A stretch of 64,000 bases of DNA from Macrostomum hystrix (taxonomy: Eukaryota; Animalia; Platyhelminthes), in the NCBI GenBank assembly GCA_950097015.1, contig CATNEN010000038.1:12090001-12154000 (forward strand). Reading direction: 5' to 3'. The notes under the pieces were generated by a model, which was not told the DNA's origin, ran no database searches, and saw only the letters and a program-made list of their open reading frames with translations. The translations under genes were made by a program, and so were the position numbers. This document shows positions 1-10,900 of the stretch, one piece after another (position 1 is the first letter of the stretch; each line of letters begins with the position of its first letter).

Positions 1-403
1 TTGAGAACGGGGTTACGGGGGCGGAGACTGAGTCGCTCTGTGATTGGTCCAGGCAGTGAGGTGTGGCGGCTTGTGAGTCTGCCTTCTCAATTTGCCGGAT
101 TGGCAGCATCAACGCCCGCCTTTGTAGTTCAATTTGATTTTTTCCTCTAATCAGCCTTCTGGCTTCGCACGTATTGAAAAAAACTGTTTTTTGAAAATCT
201 AAATATCTCTCTCTTAAGGGGGAGCAAATGATCTGCTTAAAAAAAGACAATATTTGTACTTTGATTGAAGCTCGATAGCTCACGTGATGATATGAGGCAT
301 TTTTAATTGCTCTACAGGCTTACTTATCGTACAAAAAGAGCATTGCCTTGCTTGCTGGACTGCATGGACAGTCTGTGGAAAAAACAGGGATATTTCTGAG
401 TTG

Positions 404-1080
404 GGGGAGTTCTCAGATGAGGTGGAATTCTTAGGGTGGGAGCTCTCATCTGGGTACTTATCATCGGGGGAGTTCTCATCGGGGGAGTTCTCATCGGGGG
501 GAGTTCTCATCGGGGGGAGTTCTCCTTGGGGGAGTTCTCATTGGGGGAGTTCTCCTTGGGGGAGTTCTCATCGGGGGGAGTTCTCCTTGGGGGAGTTCTC
601 ATTGGGGGAATTCTCAATGGGGGAGTTCTCATCGGGGGGAGTTCTAATCGGGGGAGTTCTCATTGGGGGAGTTCTCCTTGGGGGAGTTCTCATTGGGGGA
701 GTTCTCATCGGGGGAGTTCTCCTTGGGAGAGTTCTCATTGGGGGAGTTCTCATCGGGGGGAGTTCTCATCGTGGGGAGAGTTCTCGTCGTGGGGGAGCCC
801 TTATCGGGGGAGTTCTCATCTGGGTAGTTGTCATCGGGGGAGTTCTCATCTGGGTAGTTGTCATCGGGGAGTTCTCATTGGGGTAGTTGTCATCGGGGAG
901 TTCTCATTGGGGTAGTTCTCATCGGGGGAGTTCTCATCTGGGTAGTTGTCATCGGGGAGTTCTCATCGGGGAGTTCTCATTGGGGTAGTTCTCATCGGGG
1001 GAGTTCTCATTGGGGTGGTTCTCATCGGGGGAGTTCTCATCTGGGTAGTTGTCATCGGGGGAGTTCTCAATGGGGGGGAA
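404..1080. repeat. G-rich ~15-16 bp minisatellite (GGGGGAGTTCTCATC/T)
   Basis: Tandem units are directly visible. A shorter paralogous array lies at 53249-53770. Confidence 0.95.
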
Positions 1081-1808
1081 CGGATCATTTTAATAAAAGG
1101 CGGATGTACTTTGAGATGTGAAATAAAGTTGTCCGAACTGAACCTTATTATAGTGAATTTTGTTTAATTTTGAAATCGCAACTTTTCTCTGGGTTCTCTC
1201 GCATTCGAGTTGCACTTTTTGGCGGCATACTCAGAGAGACGGTTGAGTCCGTTCTCTCTCTGAAACTGCTCGCATATAGATAAACCGCATGACCCCTCGG
1301 CCTCGCCAAATTAACGGCAAGGGTGGATCTGAGTTGGCGTCCCAAAGCGTGACTATTTAGCCAGCGAGTCGGTTTCATCCTCTTCTGCAGCCTGGAAGGT
1401 AAATCTGCTTTGTCAGTAAATAATTAACAGGTTCTATGACAGCCTCCAAACTCCACTATGCGCTGAGCTCGTTCATCTTCCTAGTTTGCCCTCTAACTGT
1501 CACCCGCCTCTACCCCTCGACTTTTAGGATAACAGCAAAACAACAAGCCATTTTTGCCCAGACTCTTGAGTTGATGAAGGATGAAGGATGAAGATGACGG
1601 CATGTTTACTGTAGTTAGCGATAGATGCGTTTGCAGAAACAAAAAATAAAGATCTGGTGTTAAAGCCTTTTAGCTGAATAAAATTTCTGCTTTCCTAGTA
1701 TGTCTGGCTTTGCAGTGTCGCATTGGGCATTAGACTGAATTTTAATGAGAACAGAAAGCATGTGTTTGCAGAGAACACATCTTCCATCTTAGAAAATCGA
1801 TTTTTTGT

Positions 1809-3625
1809 TGCAGTGACAGTTCTATATGCAGTGACAGTTCTATCTGCAGTCTCAGTACTATCTGCAGTCTCAGTACTATCTGCAGTCTCAGTTCTATCTG
1901 CAGTGACAGTTCTATCTGCAGTGTCAGTACTATCTGCAGTGTCAGTACTATCTGCAGTGTCAGTTCTATATGCAGTGACAGTACTATCTGCAGTGTCAGT
2001 TCTATCTGCAGTGTCAGTTCTATCTGCAGTGTCAGTTCTATCTGCAGTGACAGTTCTATATGCAGTGACAGTTCTATATGCAGTGACAGTTCTATATGCA
2101 GTGACAGTTCTATCTGCAGTGTCAGTTCTATATGCAGTGACAGTACTATCTGCAGTGACAGTTCTATCTGCAGTGACAGTTCTATATGCAGTGTCAGTTC
2201 TATCTGCAGTGTCAGTTCTATATGCAGTATCAGTTCTATCTGCAGTGACAGTTCTATCTGCAGTGACAGTTCTATATGCAGTGTCAGTTCTATCTGCAGT
2301 GTCAGTACTATCTGCAGTGTCAGTACTATCTGCAGTGTCAGTTCTATATGCAGTGACAGTACTATCTGCAGTGTCAGTTCTATCTGCAGTGTCAGTTCTA
2401 TCTGCAGTGTCAGTTCTATCTGCAGTGACAGTTCTATCTGCAGTGACAGTTCTATATGCAGTGTCAGTTCTATCTGCAGTGTCAGTACTATCTGCAGTGT
2501 CAGTACTATCTGCAGTGTCAGTTCTATATGCAGTGACAGTACTATCTGCAGTGTCAGTTCTATCTGCAGTGTCAGTTCTATCTGCAGTGTCAGTTCTATC
2601 TGCAGTGACAGTTCTATATGCAGTGACAGTTCTATATGCAGTGACAGTTCTATATGCAGTGACAGTTCTATCTGCAGTGTCAGTTCTATATGCAGTGACA
2701 GTTCTATCTGCAGTGTCAGTACTATCTGCAGTGTCAGTACTATCTGCAGTGTCAGTTCTATATGCAGTGTCAGTACTATCTGCAGTGTCAGTTCTATATG
2801 CAGTGACAGTTCTATATGCAGTGACAGTTCTATCTGCAGTGTCAGTTCTATCTGCAGTGTCAGTTCTATCTGCAGTGTCAGTTCTATCTGCAGTGACAGT
2901 TCTATCTACAGTCTCAGTACTATATGCAGTGTCAGTTCTATATGCAGTGTCAGTTCTATATGCAGTGTCAGTTCTATCTGTAGTGACAGTTCTATCTGCA
3001 GTGTCAGTTCTATCTGCAGTGACAGTTCTATCTGCAGTGTCAGTTCTATATGCAGTGTCAGTTCTATCTGTAGTGACAGTTCTATATGCAGTGTCAGTTC
3101 TATATGCAGTGTCAGTTCTATCTGCAGTGTCAGTTCTATCTGCAGTGTCAGTTCTATCTGCAGTGTCAGTTCTATATGCAGTGACAGTACTATCTGCAGT
3201 GTCAGTTCTATCTGCAGTGTCAGATCTATATGCAGTGACAGTTCTATCTGCAGTGTCAGTTCTATATGCAGTGACAGTTCTATCTGCAGTGTCAGTTCTA
3301 TATGCAGTGACAGTTCTATATGCAGTGACAGTTCTATCTGCAGTGTCAGTTCTATCTGCAGTGACAGTTCTATCTGCAGTCACAGTACTATCTGCAGTGA
3401 CAGTTCTATCTGCAGTGTCAGTTCTATCTGCAGTGTCAGTTCTATCTGCAGTGACAGTTCTATCTGCAGTGTCAGTTCTATCTGCAGTGTCAGTTCTATA
3501 TGCAGTGACAGTTCTATCTGCAGTGTCAGTTCTATCTGCAGTGTCAGTTCTATCTGCAGTGACAGTTCTATCTGCAGTGTCAGTTCTATATGCAGTCTCA
3601 GTACTATCTGCAGTGGCAGTTCTAT
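1809..3625. repeat. 18-bp minisatellite (TGCAGTGTCAGTTCTATC), ~100 units
   Basis: The 18-bp period gives the (SAVSVL)n and (TADRTD)n pseudo-ORFs. The paralogous array is at 54501-56119. Confidence 0.97.
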
Positions 3626-4100
3626 TTTCGCGAAATTTTCCATGCTTGCTTTGCAGGAAAATCTATTCAAAATCAGGGAAATAAAGCATTCAAAATTTGA
3701 CAAATAGAAAATAAGCCCCAAAGCAGCAATTGCCAAGCGATTGCAACTAGGAATTTGACTGTTTAACAATTTCCCCTCAAATAAAAGTACAGCTGCATCG
3801 TCATGAAGAATGACGGAGAGCTTTTCGCATCGTCAGCAGGCCGATAAAAAATTGTCTTTCACTGGCCGCCCTGCGAGTTTATTTCTGTCCCCAGATTTTT
3901 AGGCCATAAAATGTCGCTCTAGCACTAATGGACAGGCTGTCATTAGGCAGGTGGACGACATCAATTTGGCATGCAAGTTTTTTTTCACCGTTTTTTCTGG
4001 ACTCGATACAGAAAACTTCCTTTCGATCCGACAGTCAGTCTAGACTTAATTCTCGTTAATTTTTCTTACTAGCTTTATGTTGCTAATTATTACTAACATT

Positions 4101-4380
4101 GGGGTGGGTGAGTGGCATAGCGGCTATGACACGTTTCGCACCTCTCGCACCATGGTCCCTGAGCTCGATTCCGCGGCGAGGCCACATTAATTTGGAGCCC
4201 AGCAGAGGAGAGAAGGCTTGGTGGCTTGTGCAATTTACGCCATTGAGGGTCAACCTTCTAGGCACGTTGAAAGTGTACTTTGCCCGACGATGACAAAGTC
4301 AGGGCAGATGTACACACCTGTGTGCGTGTGTGCTCAGGAGTCAGCGTCCATGGAACGTACTTATAGCCTTCAGATGCGCT
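4101..4380 (+). mobile_element. tRNA-derived SINE family B copy with a family-A-like 3' end
   Basis: A-box-like TGGCATAGCGG and B-box-like GAGCTCGATTCC; body shared with 8466-8732 and 36001-36360. After CTCAGGAGTCAGC it switches to GTCCATGGA...AGCCTTCAGATGCGC, as in family A. Confidence 0.8.
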
Positions 4381-4790
4381 ACATTATCTCTTTGCGTCTA
4401 AATCTAAAGTCGTATTGAACTGTTGAACTGAGCAGGTTCTACTGGAATTACGATCGCAAAAGGGAAATATCTTTATTAGCAGTCTATACTTGCCTGGCAG
4501 CCCTACAATATTGTGAGAAGCTATAGCAATTTGGGGTACTTCGATAATCTTGCCGGTTTGTCGCGGCTTTGAATTTGGTTGCCATGGAAAGGAGCGTTTT
4601 TTCTGCAGCTTCTATTTGAATTTGTATAGGGGCCGAACTGCTCAAACTCTCTCCCCGTCTCTCCTTTTTATCCATTTCCACTCAAAATTCATGCCATGCA
4701 GCAGTGCCTTCGCATGCATATGCAGATACTCCTAATCCACTTTGCGGCGCATGCCAACAGTCAGACTGCAGAATGTCCCACAGCAGCTCT

Positions 4791-5870
4791 ATTTGCAGCG
4801 CTGCGTCTTGTATGTTTGCCTCCTTTCGCTTAAGTAGCACTATAGGCTGCCTGCAATCGACCGATCTATAGATCCTCGATTTATCTATATCTGATTTACC
4901 CTAAATGATACAAACTTTACACGTGATAAAATCAAGGATAAAATGCGCTCGCAGACTTAATAAAAACATACGCTACAAGCAGCTTCAGTAGCCCCTGTTG
5001 TTTCCGTAGGAAATTTTTTTTACATATTTCTACACATTTTGTTGAAAGTCAAATACCTCCTAAATGTATAATTTATTGTTCTCATATGCATAGAAACCTT
5101 GTGCGCGATTTTCCACTGCTGAATTATATGTCAAAAGTTTGCGCATGATACTACTAGGCCAATTTCAGTACTACACAAAGCAAAATTAATTGCGCACAAT
5201 GGTCAATATGCTATAAAATATTCTATTGCACCGATGAAGTCCCGGCCGGAACTAGAAAAACTTGATTAAAATTATTCTAATAAGCTCATAAATTCAGTAA
5301 GCTTGTTACCGGTATCTAAAGTTAACAATCAAACCTGGAGCCGGCATTTCCGAAAATCGGAAAGGGAGATGAGGTAAAAAAGCTGAGAAATAAAATTCAG
5401 GCAATGTGGCTGGATGGCTGGATGTCCAACTAAGAAGATGCGACTTAGTTGGCGAATGAAAGGTTAAAAATGCGTGTCGAGGTTAAAACGAGCGGATTGG
5501 GCGTGAAAGGGTTGGGATGAGGGGCGGTTGAAGAGCACGTTTCGGGTAGAGCTGGGACTTGAATGGGCTTGGTTGAAGTCAGAGTGATGATCACAGAATT
5601 TTCTGCACGATAAATAAACCTAAAAATTAAATTCAAACTTTAACTATTATCAAGCATTAATATTATGCTATTTTTTACGCTATTTGTTTCTTTAACCTGG
5701 TCTTAGTTAGCGCCGATTAAAAATTGTCGTCCTAAATTGCTTCATTCGACTGGATGGCTTGGTCGATTTGCAGCGCTGCGTCTTGTATGTTTGCCTCCTT
5801 TCGCTTAAGTAGCACTATAGGCTGCCTGCAATCGACCGATCTATCGATCCTCGAATTATCTATATCTGAT
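4791..5870 (+). repeat. 105-bp direct repeat pair (4791-4895 and 5766-5870)
   Basis: ATTTGCAGCGCTGCGTCTTG...TATCTATATCTGAT occurs twice about 975 bp apart, and again in duplicate copy 2 (~57286 and ~58261). Confidence 0.9.
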
Positions 5871-6461
5871 ATACATAGTATGATATAATATGTAGTAAAG
5901 TAGATAGGTCGCGCCGTCGTGAATTGTTAAAAAATGATCACTGATCGAAATATATAGCTGTAAAAATCTAGACAAAGAGAAAGGCAAAGCTGCTCAGTGC
6001 TTTCTTCACTTATTAAACTTAAGTTTTTGCCTCTTTAACATAGTCATACATACACGATACCGTAGGCCTACAGAAATTTTTCACTAATTAGTAATTTTAC
6101 TAGGCCTAATTGTGCGCTAGCTAGTAATAGTATAGCTGCTCATGCAAACCATAATTTTTCCATCTGGTAACATAAAAATAGGCTCTTTACCCAAAATTTT
6201 AGGCCAGCTTTACCCGAGCCTAACACCCCTATTGGAATAAGTGGCATTTTGCAGATAGGATAGGGCCTAGCATCTGGCACATTTTACTTGTTGTCATAGC
6301 GCCATGGGCCATGATGCACTCTATATAGTATATAGATCCACGCCAATAATGCCCACCTTGTTTGCATGGCAGCTTGCTAAAATAGGCTATTGCATTATAT
6401 ACATGTAAAACCCAACAATGACAATGCTCAATAAATTAATTTCAATAACTTATTTTTGATA

Positions 6462-7104
6462 GGGTAATGTATCATCAACCAAACAAGAATGTGTATTTTT
6501 TTTTATTCAAACCTAAGCTACAGATTTTCTATTTAAGATATGATGATAAATCAAAAGCCAAGTTATAGAAAACAGTTACATCTTTCTAAAAAGTATCTGC
6601 TTTTGCTATTTTATCAAATAGAAAAAAAGTTATTCCTGCTTTTTATCTAAAACCGAACAATGATTTTAATGTATCTTCAAACCAAACAGAGAATTTGATG
6701 TTTGGTTTTACAATTTGAGTGAGTGGTTTAATCTTATTTTAAGGAGTGAACTATCATGAATTATGTCATTTGAAAGCATTTTTCATGCTCTATAAATAAC
6801 TACATTTATGGTCATTTAATTGGCAAGCAACCACATACAATCTTCATCTAAAGTGCATACTTAAAAAATGTTGTTAAAAAGTATGCTTTTGCAATAAAAA
6901 TTTCTACTGAAACATCAATATCTTTCTTTCCTCTTAATGCTTCATTGCACATCATGCCTCAGCTTGTAGATAATTTCTTCAACTTTCAAATTAGTTGTTC
7001 TGTGAAAAGCAATAGCTTGTTTCTGTCTTGCACGAGACCAAGGAAGGAGTCAAAATTCTTGTTCAGTTTTGAAGATACACTGTTTGGTTGATGATAAATT
7101 ACCC
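6462..7104. mobile_element. Non-autonomous DNA transposon (MITE) with ~24-bp TIRs, flanked by TA
   Basis: Left end TA-GGGTAATGTATCATCAACCAAACA; right end TGTTTGGTTGATGATAAATTACCC-TA (1 mismatch). Internal subterminal repeats (GTATCTTCAAACCAAACA / TGTTCAGTTTTGAAGATAC). AT-rich, no ORF. Confidence 0.85.
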
Positions 7105-7957
7105 TAATAGTAGCAATAGCAATAGAAATAGTAGCAATGCATATAAGCTATCAGTTTATCAGCTATTATACAATAGTTTGAACTATGTTGTATTTAGGCT
7201 GAATTTAATTGCATTTAATATTAAATAATGCAAAAAAAGTTTTAAGGCAAGAAATAGGCCTAGTGGATATATGCAGCCAAGAGTGTTTTAACTGTTGCCA
7301 TTGCTAACACTCATCCTACTGTATTACCACCTTTGTCTGCCTAACTATGTCAGTTGTCAGCATACATTTATTGTTTCCCAAAATACTCATTTGATTGCCA
7401 TGTTTATACATTGTTTAGTTTGGGTTAGGGCCTAGCTATGTACTAGGTGGATACAGGGGTCCATTAATGGGACCACTATGGGGCCTATAGCAGCCTTCTA
7501 TTGGAAGACACAGCTATAACTAGCTAGTTGTAAAATAATAACTTAGGCCAGGCCTAGCTCACTAATGTGAGCTTACATTTTTGAAATAATTTTTCTGAGG
7601 TTATTTCCACAGACAAACTGCAATTCAGTGAGGTTAATAAGTGTAATACAAACTTATATGATACCACTATTAACAAAGCAGATGCCCACTTGCCCTACTG
7701 AATTACTAAATTACTACTAGTTACTAAATTGCTGTTTTTTAAACTATAGTTTAAATAATAAGTCAAGTGTTAAGTGCAAATCTAACTTAAGCTAAAACCT
7801 CTTTCAAAATAGTAAACTCGGACTTTAAGGCAGATAAAATAAAAAGGTTTTCCTAAATAACATAAATTTAAAATATTTAGTGTTTTAGTCAATTAATGTC
7901 ATATTATTAGCAACACCTAAATGCTAACTTGCAGCTTGTTTATAGCTAACCAGCTGC

Positions 7958-10900
7958 ATGGCCGAATTCGCTGAGGAACAGCTGGAGCAGCAGCTGCCAG
8001 AACTGCAAGAGCTGACTATGTCCCGCCTGCTGAGCCCTGATGAGGCCAAACAGCTGTTGCGCAAGCGGCGAAACTTTGAGTACCGGCTGCAGAAACGAGA
8101 GAAACGACTGCGAGACTATCAGGCCTACGCACAGCACGAGGTTAGTTAATTGTGCTAGTACAGTCTAATTTACATACTCTAGTCGCAGGGGTTGTAGCCT
8201 AGTGGTTAAAGTGTCGGACTCACAACTTAACGGTCGGCAGTTCGATTCTAGACTCCACTAGAACAATTCGTGTCTTTTGTTCTTTAGAAAGACACTTACA
8301 TCTGCATTGCTTCTGTTCACACAGCTGTTAAATGGGTACCAGCATTTGCTGGGGTAATCGAAGGTGGGTGTGGCTTCCCCCAGTCCATGGACTGAACAGC
8401 TGTACACAGACTTCAGATGTGCCGCGAAGTGGCTGCGGCCTGTGCTTTTGGCTGGGCCGATCAGGATGGGGTGAATGGCAGAGTGGTTAACGCGCGTTTG
8501 CCTCTCGCACCAATGTCCGTGAGTTCGATTCCGCGGCGAGGCCACATTCATTTGCAGTGAGAAGGCTTGGGGCTTGTCCTGCAATTTACGCCCTTGAGGG
8601 CCATGCGTACAGTATCTGTGTGCATGTGTGCTCAGGAGTCAGTGAAATGGGCAGAATTGCCTCCTCGCTGGCTTCGGGTCTGGTGTCAGCAAATGATGTG
8701 CCCGCAGCCCTCCTGCTATTATTATTAATAACCCGATCGGGGCAGGTGAAATGAATAATATAATTGATAATTAAAATATGGAAAGGATGGTCTTCTCTTA
8801 CTTAAGGTATCAACGCAAAAAAACTTTTTGGTAAACAGCATGGGCAACTATGCATTGATTTTCAACTGTTTTTCTCTCGTCATCTAAGTAGTATAGAATC
8901 TAATTAGCCATCACCCTGACTGTCTCAGGTTGGCCTGCTTCTCCTGTTGAAGCACAGGCGAGCGGCCGCTCACTATTATTTCAAGCGCGATCGCATCGAG
9001 GCCTCCATTGTGCAGCGGCTGCACCGCCTGCACCGGCAGGCCTGCTACCGCTTCCAGGATCGCCTGGACTGCTGGATTGCTCACGCCCGCTTCTGTGACA
9101 CCATCGGCCATCCGCTCCAGGCTAGCAAAGTGCTGGCCCGCATGCTGCAGGTTCATTCTGGCAGGGAGGACCTGTGGCTGGCTGCCGCCGACTGGCACTG
9201 GACTGACCGCCTGGAGTCCCGGGCCAGGTGGCTGAGGCAAAAAGAGGGCAGAAAGCGAAAGCAGGCGGACCAGAAGGATTGGGAGAAAACTCAGCAACAG
9301 GCGCTTGGGATGGCAGATGATGCGGCACCGGTGAGATTTGCGTTTATCTGACGGTGTCTGATGGCTGAAGATCTGTCAGCTTTAACAGTGGAAGAACACG
9401 AGGGTTATTCCACATACCCACATTTGTTCTATTCTTCTGTATCTCTTAAAATATTCAATCAGTCGGCTTGAAAATATTCAAAACACTAGCTAAAATTTTC
9501 CATTCTATCCGATGAAGCACTTTCCAGAATCGCAAAACATCTGCGTCGGTGAGATATTCAACGCTTCTCGACCGATAGGCCGATATGTTAAACCGATATG
9601 GATTCGCCAAAGAGGTTTATACAGAGCAATGTTACTTGTCATTGTCAACAGGGTCTTCGACAAGATTCGCTGAATATCTCGACGATGCTGACTCGGACGG
9701 CTTTGAAACTTAGTCCATCGTAATGTGCAGAACATTTTGATCCATATGGTGGATTTTTCAGGAAAATTAGTCATTCGGTTTGGGAGCTAACGTGAAATTA
9801 GCAGCGGATTTGTGAATCGTCTTCAACAGGTTTCTAGGAATCGTGAATCGTCTTCAACGGGTTTCCAGGAATCGTGAATCGTCTTCAACGGGTTTCCAGG
9901 AATCGTGAATCGTCTTCAACAGGTTTCTAGGAATCGTGAATCGTTTTCAACGGGTTTCTAGGAATCGTGAATCGTCTTCAAAGGGTTTCCAGGAATCGTG
10001 AATCGTCTTAAACAGGTTTCTACGAAACGTGAATCATCTTAAACAGGTTTCTAGAAATCGTGAATCGTCTTAAACAGGTTTCTACGAAACGTGAATCGTC
10101 TTAAACAGGTTTCTTAGAATGTTGAATAATCTTTAACTTGTTTCTAGGAATTGTGAATCATCTTAAACAGGTTTCCAGGAATCATTAATCGTCTTCAACA
10201 GGTTTCTACGAAACGTAAATCGTCTTCAACGGGTTTCCAGGAATCGTGAATCGTCTTCAGCAGGTTTCTGGGAATCGTGAATCGTCTTCAACAGGTTTCT
10301 GGGAATCGTGAATCATCTTCAACAGGTTTCTAGGAATCGTGAATCGTCTTCATCGGGTTTCCAGGAATCGTGAATCGTCTTTAGCAGGTTTCCAGGAATC
10401 GTGAATCGTCTTAAACAGGTTTCTAGGAATCGTGAATCGTCTTCAACGGGTTTCTAGGAATCGTGAATCGTCTTAAACAGGTTTCTACGAAACGTGAATT
10501 GTCTTAAACAGGTTTCTGGGAATGTTAAATAATCTTTAACTTGTTTCTAGGAATTGTAAATCATCTTAAACAGGTTTCCAGGAATCATTAATCGTCTTCA
10601 ACTGTTTTCTAGGAATCGCGAACCGTCTTAAACAGGTTTCCAGGAATCGCGAATCTTCTTAAACAGGTTTCTGGGAATCATTCATCATCTTAAACTGGTT
10701 TCCAGGAATCGTGAATCGTCTTCAACTGGATTCTAGGAATCGCGAATCGTCTTAAACAGGTTTCTGGGAATCGTGTATCATTTTTAACAGGTTTCTAGGA
10801 ATCGTGAATAATCTTAAACTGGTTTCTGGGAATCGTGAATCGTCTTAAACAGGTTTCCAGGAATCGTGAATCGTCTTAAACAGGTTTCCAGGAATCGTGA

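Larger units (their letters stand above)
1..6463 (+). repeat. Segmental duplication copy 1 (direct repeat of 52846-58966; probably extends left of the window)
   Basis: Base 1 TTGAGAACGGGGTTACG matches 52846. The unique sequence is near-identical through ...TATTTTTGATAGG (6463 vs 58966). The same short ORFs appear twice in the ORF track. Confidence 0.97.

Noticed and set aside
1148-1378. 76-aa ORF conserved in both duplicate copies
   Set aside because: The conservation is explained by the recent duplication. Several differences between the copies change amino acids, and no domain is recognisable.
1695-3684. 562-653 aa ORFs on both strands (and 587/601 aa at 54415-56263), superficially antifreeze- or mucin-like
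   Set aside because: These are stop-free translations of an 18-bp minisatellite, open in several frames and strands, with no splice or domain context.
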